Under the pieces are notes generated by a model. That model was not told the origin of the DNA and did not search any database. It worked only from the letters and a program-made list of their open reading frames with translations. 64,000 bases of DNA, from contig CT868318.1 in assembly GCA_000165425.1 (NCBI GenBank), forward strand, positions 709,067-773,066. Reading direction: 5' to 3'. A program made the translations under genes and the position numbers. Positions 42,401 to 55,926 of the stretch are shown in pieces. The DNA comes from Paramecium tetraurelia. Lineage: Eukaryota. Every line of letters starts with the position of its first letter. Position 1 is the stretch's first letter.

Positions 42401-45400
42401 TTCCCCTGCATTGTTTAATAGATGTGTTATAGATTGGTTTGGAGATTGGACCAATGAAGCTCTCTTTTAGGTTGGTAAAGCATTTACTATGTACATTGAT
42501 CCTCCTGAAAATGCATTCAGCAAAAAGATTAAAGATGAAACTTAAAGATAACATATTTTAGTATCCACTTTAGTCTATATCTAAAATACTATCATTGAAT
42601 TGAATAACAAATTACAGAAGGGAGCTAAGAGATTCAATTATATAACTCCAAGAGACTATTTAGATTTCTTGAAGCATTTCGAGAAATTGCATAATGAAAA
42701 GAAATCGCAATTGGAAGATTAATAGTTGCATCTGAATGTTGGTTTGGATAAGTTGAAGGAGACAGAACAACAAGTATTGGAGATGCAGAAAAGCTTAGAT
42801 CAGAAGAAGGTTGAGTTATTGACAAAGGAGAGACAGGCAGGTGAGAAGTTGCAGACAATTATTGAAGAGAAGAAGATAGCTGAGAAGAAGAAGGAAGACA
42901 GTACAAGATTATCAAGTGATGCTGAGAAGAAGGCTAAGGAGATGGAAGTAAGGTAGTCTTAGGTCAATAAGGAATTGAATGAAGCATTGCCTGCTTTGGA
43001 AAATGCAAAACAATGTGTGAATAGCATTAAGAAGGATGATTTGAATTAAATCAGAGCATTGGGATCACCTCCTGCCTTGGTTAAGTTGACAATGGAAGCC
43101 GTTGTTTGTGCAATTAATTCATTGGAAAAGAGTCCAGAATGGAAGGACGTATAGAAATCAATGGCCAATATGAATTTCATCAATAATGTTATTAACTTCA
43201 ATACAGAAACAATGCCACCCAAAGTGAAGAAATTCATTTTAACAAAATATTTATCAGCCCAAGAGTGGAATATTGACAGAATTAACTTTGCATCAAAAGC
43301 AGCAGGTCCATTGGCTATGTGGTTGGATTCACAATTGAAATATGCCGATATTTTATAGAAAGTGGATCCACTTAGATAGGAAGTGGCTAAATTATTGTAA
43401 GAGAGTGACGAACTCAACACTTAGAAGAAGATCTATGATGATGAAGTAGCAGCTGCTGAGGCTAAGATTCACAACTTACAATAGGAGTATTCGGAATTGA
43501 TTAGTTAGAAGGAATCAATTAAGTCAGAGATGTTGAAAGTGTAAGAGAAAGTAACAAGGTCCTAGGCATTATTGAGTGATTTGAGTGGAGAAAGAGTACG
43601 TTGGGAAGAGGCATCATAAAACTTTAAAAGTTAATTAGCTACAATGATAGGAGATGTGTTATTGTCATCAGCATTCCTGTCTTATATTGGGTTCTTTGAT
43701 CATTTTTACAGGAAGGTGGTAATAAACACTTGGAAAGATTATCTCTCGGGCTAAGCGAATATCTCTTACAGACAAGATCTTTCATTGATTGAATTCTTAT
43801 CTAGACCTTCAGACAGATTGAATTGGCAATCACATACATTGCCTTCGGATGATTTGTGCATGGAGAATGCCATCATATTATATAGATTCTAGAGATATCC
43901 TCTAGTTATTGATCCATCTGGACAGGCATTGTCTTATATTTCCTCATTGTACAAAGATAAGAAATTAGCAAGGACATCATTCACAGATGAATCATTCTTG
44001 AAGACCTTGGAAACATGCCTAAGATTTGGTTGTCCATTGTTGGTACAGGATGTGGAAAAGGTGGATCCAATTTTGAATTCAGTTTTGAACAATGAAACAT
44101 ATAAAACAGGAGGAAGAGTGTTAATAAGAGTAGGCAATTAAGAAATCGATTTTTCACAAGGCTTTACTATGTTCATGATCACCAGAGATAGCACAGCTAG
44201 ATTCACTCCTGATTTATGCAGCAGAGTTACATTTGTCAATTTTACAGTCACTCAAAGCAGTTTGTAGGAACAATGTTTGAATATCTTCTTGAGAAATGAA
44301 TCCCCAGAAACTGAGGAGAAGAGATTAAATTTAATGAAATTGCAAGGAGAATATATAGTTAAGTTGAGAGAATTGGAAGATCAATTATTGGATTCATTGA
44401 ATAATAGTAGAGGATCCATATTGGAAGACGAGAAGGTTATCTAAACATTAGAGAAGTTGAAGAAGGAGGCTGCTGTTATTGTTTAAGAAATGAAATAGGC
44501 TGACACTATTATGAATGAGGTCATGAATACAACACATTCATATGTTCCTTTGGCTAATACTACCTCTAAGATCTTCTTCAGTTTGACATCTTTGGCCAAT
44601 ATTCATTATTTGTACTAGTTTTCATTGTAATTCTTCATGGATACCATTTATAATGTGTTAAATAAGAATGAATAGTTGCAGAAGATTCCCAAACAAGATT
44701 TGATAAAGAGAAGAATTCTAATTTTCAATGAAATGTTCAAAGAAATATACAAACGAATGAATTTCTCTTTGTTATAGGAGGATAAATTGGTGTTTGCAAT
44801 TACCTTGGCCTAAGTGAAATTGGGAGACAACACCTTGGGATAGGAATTCTTGAATGTATTCAAACCACCAACAGTGATGGAGACTACATTTTCAAATACA
44901 TTCTTGTAAGGGAAGTTGAGTATCCAATAATTGAAATAATTAGAAGGAATAACTCAATAGAATTAAACTTTCAATAGACTCATAGACAACTTAAATAAGA
45001 ATGAAGATCGTTGGCTCAACTTTTTAAATGATGAAGCTCCAGAAAATGACATTCCAACATAATGGTATAATGAAGTTTAAAGAGATGACATTGTTAAATT
45101 AGACTGGATTGATAGTCATCAATTAAAGAGATAATTGGATGATTTACACATCCTAAGAATATTCAGAGCTGATAGATTCTAAATAATAGCTAGAAAATTA
45201 ATCAATCAAATTTTGGGAGAGGGTTTCATGGATGAACAAACAGTGGATATGAAATTGGTAGTTGAGAAGGAAGCATCGAACAAGATTCCTATTCTTTTAT
45301 GTTCAGCCCCAGGATTTGATCCATCCTTTAAAGTCGAATAACTCAGTAGAGAAATGGGAATCAAATTGACTAGCGTGGCTATAGGAAGTGCTGAAGGTTT

Positions 45401-47090
45401 TGATTAGGCCGAATAGGCAATTACTCAAAGTGTCAAATCCGGATCTTGGGTGATGTTGAAGAATGTTCATTTAGCTACCAGTTGGCTTAATGATTTAGAG
45501 AAGAAATTATTTAGATTGACTCCAAATGCCAATTTCAGAATATTCTTAACCATGGAATTCAATCCAAAGATACCAACTACTTTGATTAGATAATCCTATA
45601 AATTGGTCTTCGAACCCCCTGATGGTATCAAAGCATCTCTGATTAGAACATTCAAAACTGTCTTGTCTCAACAAAGAACAGACAGATAACCAGTGGAAAG
45701 AGCAAGATTACATTTCCTGTTAGCTTGGTTACATGCTGTTATTCTGGAGAGATTGAGATTCACTCCTATTGGATGGAGCAAAACCTATGAATTTAATGAG
45801 GCAGATTAAAGATGCTCATTGGATCTCATTGATGAATATGTAGATGCCTTAGGTATAAGATAAAATATAGATCCATCTAAATTACCATGGGATGCCTTTA
45901 GAACTATATTGACATAGAATTTATATGGTGGTAAAGTAGATAATGAATATGACCAAAAGATTCTTCAATCCTTGGTTGAACAATTCTTCACTGAACAAAG
46001 TTTCAATCATAATCATCCTCTATTCTTCACCTTAGAAGGCAAAGAAGCCATCACAGTTCCCGAAGGCAGAACTTATCTAGATTTCATGTAATGGATTGAA
46101 CAATTACCAAAGACTGAAAGTCCAGAGTGGTCAGGTTTACCTTCCAACGTAGAAAGAGTCCAAAGAGATCAATTAACTCAAAAGTTGATCACCAAAGTCT
46201 AAAATCTCTAACAAGAAGGCGAAGAAGAAATCACTTAAATTGAAGTTCAAACTGAGAAGACTCAAAAGAAGGATAACAAAAAGTCTGACCAAGTTTAATG
46301 GCTATAGGATCTTCTAGAGAAGGTTGAGAAATTCAAAGCCATACTCCCCAATAAAATCTCTCCCTTGGAAAGAACAGCCGATTCTATCAATGACCCCTTA
46401 TTTAGATTCTTAGATAGAGAAATTACTGTGGCCTCTAAATTATTAAAAGCTGTAAGATAGAATATTGAGGAATTAATTTAATTGGCTTAAGGAAAAATCT
46501 TAGCCACAAACATACTAAGATAATTGGCTAAGGATGTTTTCAACAATATTGTCCCAGCATAATGGAATAAATACAATGTAATCACTATGCCTTTGAATGA
46601 TTGGGTTGGTGACTTTAAGAGAAGAATTGATTAATTCGATCTCTTAGGAAAAACTAAAGACTTCTAAAAAGGCCAAGTCTGGTTTGGTGGATTGCTATTT
46701 CCTGAAGCATATCTTACAGCCACCAGATAATACGTGGCCCAAGCCAACAAATGGTCATTGGAAGAATTAGAACTATAAATGATACCAGAAGATCAAGGAA
46801 TTGATGAGGATTCCTTTGTTATTGAAGGAGTATCAATGGAAGGAGGACATTTAGACTCCAAGACTTTACAAGTAAGAATTGTCAATGAAATCTCAGTCGC
46901 ATTAAAACCAATAACCTTAAAATGGTGCAAAACTTCCCAAAAAGGAGTTGTAGGAGATGATGAAATTGTTTTACCTGTTTATTTGAACAAAACAAGGAAG
47001 AATCTTATATTCTCCCTTAAAGTCAAGATGGGTAAACTTAATAGATACACACTCTATTAGAAAGGTTTGTCATTTATCCTCTTTAATTGA
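33443..47090 (+). CDS. DHC8: Cytoplasmic dynein 1 heavy chain
   Basis: 13648 nt minus one 25-nt intron (33614-33638) gives 4541 codons (4540 aa); P-loops GPAGTGKT (~38970), GPCGCGKS (~39851), GPPGSGKT (~40953), GSSGVGKT (~41967); [46 protein letters not shown]; the DHC8 name is recalled from the Paramecium literature. Confidence 0.97.
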
Positions 47091-47131
47091 AACATAAAAT
47101 GAGTTATCATACAAAATAAATATATAATTTA

Positions 47132-49255
47132 TCATTCCATCTATTTTCTAAAAAACTCTCCCAAGTATTTCTAGTAAAAATCCATCTGTTTATAAATAAT
47201 TTAAATTATGATGATTCTCTAAAGAAAATGTATAATATTTAAGATAAATCAAAAGAATTCTTTTTATTATTGTATTGATTTAGACAGTTCCTTACATTTT
47301 GAAATGGTAGTGTTCAAATTTGATTAGCAATTCATTCCTTATTACTATTAAGTATATATTCTTTAGCGTGCCTATGATTTTTCGTACATTTATAATTTAC
47401 TAACGTAATTGTCTGCCAATGTTTTAAGGTCCTATATTAATATCAGGTATTAAATTACATTGAATACATCTTTATAGATCTGTTTGCCGTCTTTTTCATC
47501 CAATTAATCTGTACTTGTTAGCATAGATGGTTACTTTTAGATATATTTCATGTCTGAAATTAATTTATCTGATATCATCTTTTTCTATTACTGATCTTTG
47601 AATGATTTTATGTTCTTTAATTTTGAACTAGCCTTTTAGACTTCCATGTAATATAGAGATTTAGCTTCTATTAGATTAAATATGGCCATCTTTGTCTATT
47701 AGTTTATTTCTTGTTTATTTTCTCTAGAACTCTTCGATCTTAACATTGATCTTTCAGTTTTCAATTACTTTTATTCATCGCTATTGATCGAAATATTCGT
47801 CTCCATGTCCTTGCTAAGTTCATTATATGAATAAAATGACTCTTTCTTTAAAGAACCTTGTATTTGTGTGTCCAAATACTTCATAGATTATCTATCTGAT
47901 TTTATGTAAGAAAAGCTTTCTTTTTTGATGCTCTTCTTTAAAAACGATTATTAGTATTTAAAACTAGAATGAGGAGATAAAGATTAATTTTAAGTTTGTT
48001 TTACATTAGGGTGAATTGTTGTATCATAATATTAGGACAGTGGTTGAGTTTACTACATCGTTGTTGGACTATTTTATCTTTTATCCTTTCCTTTTAGTAT
48101 AATAGAACATCTCTATTTGATGATGGTAAATTGATGTTTGGTTCTAAAAAAGGCTTGGTCATTCATTTCCTTTACTTGATATTTCTTATAGAAGTGTTCA
48201 TCTATATAGTTAGGTTTTTCTTCGGCTTAGATTTCTGGAACATCATACATATGTGACATAATTTTCTAGATTTCCCCTTGTTCTTGGAGGTGGATCTATA
48301 ATTTTAGGTTATGTTGTTTGATAAAGTCCTTCAATAGTTTAGATTGTTCTCCATTATATTAATTATGCTTGTTTAAGTAATACAGTAATTTTAATAGTTC
48401 TTAATACTTTGACAAATTATCAGAATATAGATAAGATATGCAAAGTAAAAAAAATATATGAAATAGCATAATCATCTAAATTCATTGTTAACTTTATTAC
48501 TTATCTTATAGCATACTTTTTGACTTCTTCTTTCGGTAAACTCTTTTCGATCTTATAATTTATTATTTAATTTATATTTTTTTGAATTCTCACCAAACTA
48601 TCTTAAAATTCAATGCTGGCTAATTCATAGCTTTATTTTGAATGAATATAATTACTTCTAATTCTATAATAACATATTCCCCATTATTAAATCAGTCCAA
48701 ACATCTCTTGATGAATGCTACCAAATCTAAGAAAAATGAAATAAAATATTACTTTAAATTTAAATCCATTGAGTTATTCTAAGACCTGTTTCGATGCATT
48801 GCAATAATAATATGCTATATGGTATGATTCTTCTCTCTAAAATTTAATGCTCAAATTCTGAGTGTACTTGAGCAATTCATATAAGTACAACTGTATCATT
48901 TTAATGTCTACAGATACATTAATTACATAAATTACTTGGCTTTTTATATTTAAAGTGTGATCTTATCAGCTCGTACCATTGTTACAAAAATAACTTTGCC
49001 TTGCTAATTACAATAAGAGCAGTTTTTTTATAGAAAGACGCATTTCTGTTGAGATAGCTCTCTAAAATTTTGTTTAAAGAATAAACTTATCTTCTCAAGA
49101 TTTCCATTTCCTCTAGTTTATTCATTATAATATTGTTATTCTTTACTCTTTCTAACAATTATATATTCTTTCTAGGACAACCCTATAAGTAATGGTAAAC
49201 ATCTTACTTTCCTTATTAGCTTAGTCGAATCCTTCAAATAGTTTTCATTAGACAT
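47132..49255 (-). CDS. Hypothetical protein (helical N-terminus, low-complexity middle)
   Basis: MSNENYLKDSTKLIRK[intron]GCPRKN..FYQKYLGEFFRKQME*; several tiny introns; internal structure not fully resolved. Confidence 0.6.
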
Positions 49256-49287
49256 ATTATAATATAAAAATTAGAAATAACATTAAA

Positions 49288-49734
49288 ATGTATAGAACCA
49301 AATAATCCTATAGTGAGTACGACTCTTCCAACATGAATAATTCAAAAATGATAACTTAGAAATACCAAAATTAGCAATATTATAATGATAATAGTGGAAG
49401 GTTAGGAATAGCATTACCTGAATTATAAAAATATCAAAAGCAGTGCTTGCAACAAACTAATCCTACTTAGAGAAGCGATTTCGATAGAGACATGACTTGG
49501 ACGAAGAAATAAATTATTAAAGAATAAAAGGTCCAACACAATCGAAGGGTCAGATAGAAATTAGATTCAGATAATTCGTTTAGTTAGAATTACAGTGTTG
49601 ATGATCAAATAAGAATAAGGAGAAAGGCAAATTTATCATCTTATATGTTTGGTGGCTTTGTTCTGTAGGATTATAATGAATAAGTTAACAAATTACACAA
49701 ATTATTGTTAAAGAAAGTCATCCTCAATAGATGA
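49288..49734 (+). CDS. Hypothetical protein (148 aa)
   Basis: Open frame MYRTKQSYSEYDSS..SSYMFGGFVLQDY..KKVILNR*. Confidence 0.6.
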
Positions 49735-49863
49735 GAAAGTGAAATATATATTTGTTTTGCTAATTTCAGTTTTATTTTAGTTCACAATCAATTGGATTCT
49801 ATTGATTAAATTGATCATCGCTTGAATATTTTGTTTTGGTTATAAATAATTTTATAAAAATTG

Positions 49864-51588
49864 ATGTAACCTTACTACGATAAAGACACTGACGATGAAT
49901 GTAAATTTAATAAAAATCCAATCTTAGCTTCCGATAATGCTTCGGTTGAAGGAATGATAAATAGGCCATAAACAGCTCCTCCGAGTCCAATTACAGAACT
50001 TGAAGAATTCAAAAGGTTTTTTTATCCAATCATATTATAGATAAGACGAATTTAATATTTTGGATAGAGCTTAACGTTACTAAATTAAATTAATTTAAAG
50101 AGATTTTCATAAATACGATCTGGATAACCCTGAAGGCTAGCGAAGTTGTAAAAAATACTTAAAAATATTAGAGGAAATGTGCATAGTATTTGTTTTCTTT
50201 TATATACTTTCTAGATTTATCAAGTCAAAACTCTATCAAGAGATTACAGAAATACCTTTTCCAAGGCTTATAAGATCTTGTATAAAGAGGATAGATTATG
50301 TTATCTTCCAGAAATCTTGGATAGTGCATAGGAAGGTTTTTGTTACCTAATTACTTAATAGGTTTTCCATACTTATGGGTCAATTCCGAAAAATTTGTAT
50401 TTTCACACGATGTGCTTTCTAAAGGATCGAAATTAATAGAACTATTTTATAAAGTTTAACATATAATTAGACTTTCATACACAAGAACACTCAAAGAAAG
50501 TCCTGATTTCTCATCAAAACAATTGAAACAAGATATTGTAATTATTCTAGAGGATTTCGATTAAATTTGGGTAGATTTTGAAAAAGTAAAGTTTTAAATA
50601 TATTTTGTAGCTCTATGTTAAAGAATTGATGGACATCGAAGCAAAAGCCAGAAGGTTTATTCTCTTAGCAATAGAGATTGATAAAGAGATGACATCTATT
50701 GAGATTAGGGAAAAGTTAAGAGGTAAAATACTAGTAACTAGTGAAAACTATATTTAAAAAAAAGAACAAGTATTGATTTAATTTACATTTTCAAGTTCTG
50801 TAAAGTTATTGCTTAAATCAATTCAGTTGCCAATGTAGAAGGAAAAGGAAGAGACGACTTAGGCATTAACATACTTTTGGAAGCAGAAGGAATCACAAGA
50901 AGAGTGACTAAAGAGCAATCTAGTGCTGTTCGTAATCTAGCTGATAGTATCAAGGCAAAGTATTTTTAAACTTGAAATTAGTTTCTAGAAGTTTAGAGAA
51001 TAAATGAGAAAATACGAAGGAAATATAGAAATGGTAGACCCCTAATTGAAAAACAATTAAGAACTTGTGGATTTATTAGTTGAATATGAATCCTAGTGGG
51101 AAAAAGGACTATATTATTTATTAGACCCGACAAAGTGTTAATAATTGATGTACTTTTCACATATAATTGAAACTACTGCAGAGAAATATTAATAATTTTA
51201 AGAGTAATTAGAATGCAGAGACTCTGATATCTTTGTAACTATTCCTTGTTTGATTGCTTTGAAATACTTAGAAAATGAGGATAGGAATATTTGCACTTAT
51301 TTCTTACCAACCCTAAAGGAGGAATCTTCGAAATTATATCAATACTATGCATCATTAAAGAATCAATTTTTAGAATGGAGAAATTTGCATGCCAAATAAT
51401 ATGAATATTATAACATTCTAGAAAAATAGTTATTAGGAATACCTTTAAATGAGAAGGAACAAATTGCACTGTAAAATTTTAAATTAGATAATATTATGTA
51501 AAAAATTCGATAAATGTCTATTGAATTATAAAGATATAATGCAATAGAATGGAATTACTTTATTGATGCAGCCATCAACAATAATTGA
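49864..51588 (+). CDS. Uncharacterised all-helical protein
   Basis: FDQIWVDFEK.YVKELMDIE, INSVANVEGKGRDDL, IEMVDPQLKNNQELV..YESQWEKG, SIELQRYNAIEWNYF; several tiny introns. Confidence 0.75.
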
Positions 51589-51780
51589 AAATTTTTAAAT
51601 TTATATATTTAATTATATTAAGTACAATCTCTTTCATTATCTACTATTTCACAGGAATTGTTGATTCCATAATTACCAATTAAGAAATACTTAAATTTTA
51701 ACTTAAAGTTCAAGTTCTACAATTATAAGAAAATAAATAAATTTTATCTTTAAATTTAATAATAACAAATAAATTTATTC

Positions 51781-53882
51781 ATGATTTAAATTCCTTATGC
51801 TAAGCATCACTAATCATAAATATAATTTGCTGAAAGCCAAATCACAAATCTAGATAAAAACATTATAAAAGTCTTGCAACTATTCTCTGTAATAGGATAG
51901 TTGGAAATGGACATAGAAAACATTAGTAATACATGATAATAAAGAAAGGACTTGAGTTATCAGAAAATTCTCATTTTTACCCTGAAGCCTTATTTCAATA
52001 TTTAAAATTATACTTGTAACCAATAAAGCCAGAACCAATACCAGAAAAACCATAATTTTTTAATTTTACTGTATATATGAATTAATAATTAGGATCTCTA
52101 AATATAAGCACCTTTAGTAATAAATGTAATAAATAGCGCAAAGGATGGGATCATCAAATTTGAAAATATCATAGCATTTATGCAAGATAACACTTCAGTA
52201 CCTCCGAGTGCTGAGAGTCTGAGGACAATAGAGAGAGTATTTCACATAAACTAATTTGCTTTTTAAAAGGATAATGTCCTGGACACATTTAATAATGAAT
52301 ACCCATTGCCTTAGGATGTTATTCCCTTATCTTAAATTCCAATAATCTAAATTTAAGGTACTTCTAAAGTGCCATTGCAATAAAAAGAAAACATTGAAAA
52401 GGTGAATTCTGGAGATGGGTTTAATTATGCAACATTTCAAAAGATGTTACTTTCAAAGTCTATTCCTTAAGCAAGTCAAAAGGCATAAAAAAGGAAATTG
52501 ATCTATGAAACCAATTAAAGATAACAAGTAGACAGCAGCATTCTGAAATTGTTTATAAATCTACTCTAAAATGAGATAGCATTGATTGAAAAATCTGAAT
52601 AAATTAGACTCGTATTAAATACTGATAGTTCATACAATCATGTTACTATGTTCAATATATTTGATTCTCAAGGAAATGGTGAGATTGAATATCGCTATAT
52701 TGAATAATTGATGAATAAAGCACAAATACCGTTCAAGCCATTTCACTTTAAATCTTTAATCAGAAGAGCTAATATTTTAGCTAAAAACGCTTCAGCTTCT
52801 GAAACCTTGAATTTTGAAGGGTATAGACTAATTGCAACAGTTCAATGTCCTTATTTCAAGATACCAAAACATGAGGAGGAATAACTTCAACTATAACATT
52901 AATATTCACGAATTTTAGGAGCAGAAGTTAATGGATAAAATTCATCATAATTATCTATTTCTCGCATTCCAGAGAAAATTAGAAATAACTCTCAAAATTA
53001 CAGATCTACTCCTTTACTATCTACATACAATAGTGGTAGTCCATATGTTAATGAGACTCTAAAAAAATAAAGTAAAATATCCACTAACAATTATCATTAG
53101 GATGAGGCTATATATCAAGATAATGTATCAATTGTTTTAATATTTAGATTGTATATGGAACAAAAAAAGAATGGGATGAACTACAACATTCTTTATGTTA
53201 GAATAATTTGATTGACTCCAGATCATTAAAATCTTAAATATTAAGAATATAGAACCCTGAATTATCAGTGAATAATTAAAGAATAGGCAGCAGAAATAAT
53301 ACTCCAAGGGAAAATAAGAACCAAATTGAATTGATCTAATAATAGGCATTAGTGGAGAACGTTGAGAAAATGAGGTAAAATGATATGTCGAAACAACTCT
53401 AATATGCTATGGGGGCAAATACTAAAGGATTATACTCCAACTTTGTTAAAATTGAAAGAGATAATAAAATGAAGGAGGATCTTCATTCATTCTATAATTA
53501 GGCACCTTGGTATTAAACAGATAATAAAATATCCAAAAATATCGATATCATCAAATTATAATAAAGTCAAATTCAGAAAGTTTCAGGAGTACAAAATAAA
53601 GTTCATCATGAAAGTTAATAATAAAATGTAAATAATTAGAATGCCGAAATCAGAAACTAAATAGCTAATAACAATTAATAATCAGCAATTGATTCATAAT
53701 AACAATAATCAAGAATCTAATAAAACCAATCAAATATTTAATAAATAAATAAATTATCACCAGTATCCCCAAGAATATTTTCAACGTAAAAGCTAAATCC
53801 TCTTATTGGCAATGACAATTAACAAATAATCATGGATTATAATTATGATATTCCAAAGAGAGTATTTGATCATTAGAATTGA
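51781..53882 (+). CDS. EF-hand-containing protein with Q-rich tail
   Basis: MFNIFDSQGNGEIEYRYIEQLM EF-hand-like loop; IRLELSENSHFYPEALFQYL; TGA 53880-53882. Confidence 0.65.
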
Positions 53883-53991
53883 TTATATATATATTTTTTA
53901 TTAATTTAAAATTGATAATTTACAAAAGATAGCTTTTAGGGATTGATAATTTATATTATTTATTTTTTTTATTAATTTTTAGCAAAAAATA

Positions 53992-54211
53992 ATGGTATAA
54001 AGTTGAGTAATAAAATAGAACAATGAAGATGAAATGGAAAAATAGGCTAGATTGATGGCTGAGAAATATAAAGATGGGCCTAAAAAGAAGGGAGCTTTGG
54101 TGAAGAAAACCTAAGAAGTATCTCTTTTTAATAAATTATTTATAGAGAACTTAGTTTGATTCAGCAACACATGAAATGTAAAAATAGGCATAATAGCATC
54201 CTCCGAAATGA
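53992..54211 (+). CDS. Endosulfine/ARPP-19 (ENSA/Igo1)-like microprotein, 55 aa
   Basis: ATG|intron 53995-54018|NNEDEMEKQARLMAEKYKDGPKKKGALVKKTQE|intron 54118-54145|RTQFDSATHEMQKQAQQHPPK*; KY..PKK..L..R..FDSA pattern. Confidence 0.72.
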
Positions 54212-54477
54212 CAATTTGATAATTATTAACATATTATCTTATAAAATTAACTCACTTATCGTTTTACTTAGTCTGATCTATCTGAATCCATCTAAATTCT
54301 TCTATTTAATATCACTCTGAATTCCTTTCGAGCCAAAGAGTTTTATTCTGATGATATTGGTATTAGGTATTTTAAATATAATATTTAAATAGGAATTGCC
54401 AATATTATTGGATATTCAAAATCAATTATTATTTTCATAATAAGATAAAGCATACAAATATATTACTAATAGTATTT

Positions 54478-55356
54478 ATGAAAGTAAAAATATTCTTGGG
54501 AGAATACGCCTATATATACCGAGGAAATATAGATTTAAGAGAAATGAACGAATATGTGAAAACATTGACAATCAGACCTTTTATACTAAAATGGAAGGAT
54601 TAAGAAGAGGATTTAATTACAATATCAAAAAAATAGGATTTAGTTTATTTTTATCAATCATGGACTCAAAATGAAACTACTCAAAGTCAGCCATTTCGTC
54701 TATATGTTCAAGAAATACCCTAGTCGATTCAGAATACTTAAATTACATAGTTATAATCACAATCTCACATTAACTCTAAGATGATAAGCCCTTCTTAAAA
54801 GTATTCTTGTACCAGACAGTATTAAGGAGTTACATAATTTACATTTGGTCAATAGATAAATGATTTACCAAGGAGTCAAGAGGCGCAAAGGGAGAGACAT
54901 TCTTAGTAGATATATTTATAATCAATTAAGGAAATAAATGGTTCTTCCAAGAATATAAGTAATCAAAATCTAGATTAGTTACAATTTTATAATCAATATA
55001 ACGAAGAGACTACAAAGTTTAAGATTCAATAAGACTTTAATAATATTCCATCTTAAGACCCTTCATCATTTTTGAATATGGATATGAAATAGAGCATAAA
55101 AAATCAATTTATTGATGTGCAAATGCCAAATGAAGAGGAGGATGTCTTGGATATCAAAGATGAGGAAGATGAAGAAATATTTGATAGCAAAAATATCTAT
55201 TGTGACTATTGTTCTGATATAATAGAGCCATAAGATGAAAAAACAATACTTTATATATGTTAGCAGTGTGAAGATTTTCATATTTGTAGATTGTGTTATG
55301 ATCAAAATTAAGAGCAGGTTCATGTGCATCAATTAAAAGAAATACCTATTCTATGA
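54478..55356 (+). CDS. PB1 + ZZ zinc-finger protein
   Basis: N-term MKVKIF..LKWKDQEEDLITI (OPCA-like motif); C-term CDYC..YICQQCEDFHICRLCY..HVHQL; intronless. Confidence 0.78.
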
Positions 55357-55488
55357 TTATTTTTTATTTGTTATTTATTAAAAATGATGTAATATTTCAT
55401 CTATAGGACCATTGGGAAAAGAAAGAAATTTCATTTTTTGATTTATTTAAACTACTTATTTTTAATCTCTATTTGGTTCTCAAGAGTT

Positions 55489-55791
55489 TCAAACTTTGTT
55501 ATTGAGTTTTGGAACACTCTTTGTAAAACAAGCTATGGAAACTTGTGGTTCTCTTTAAGTTTTCAACGGTTTTTGATATTATAATTGATTTTATAATGAG
55601 ACTGTGATTATAGAAGGTATACAAATAGTTTATTTTGGATTTTATTATGTACAATTAAATTAATTACAGACTTTATTTGGTGTGAAACCCATTTTCTTTT
55701 TTATCCTTATTCTATTTATAGTTTTGCTTTTAGCATAATATCTGAGTCTAATCTTAAAATTTAGAAATAGTTCCTCATCTTGGGATTTCAT
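55489..55791 (-). CDS. Small hypothetical protein
   Basis: Open frame MKSQDEELFLNFKIRLRYYAK..PKLNNKV*; boundaries uncertain. Confidence 0.35.
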
Positions 55792-55926
55792 AAATATTTA
55801 AATATTTATTTTCAATATACTGGATCTCATCTCATGAGTGTGTTATTCGATGGCATCATTTTAATAACTAGCTTGAATTATGTTAATGTTTTATTGAAAT
55901 AAATTTAGATATTAAATCATTAATTG

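Noticed and set aside
34674..44137. Minus-strand and alternate-frame ORFs in the track within dynein
   Set aside because: They are shadows of a long sense CDS, short and without motifs.
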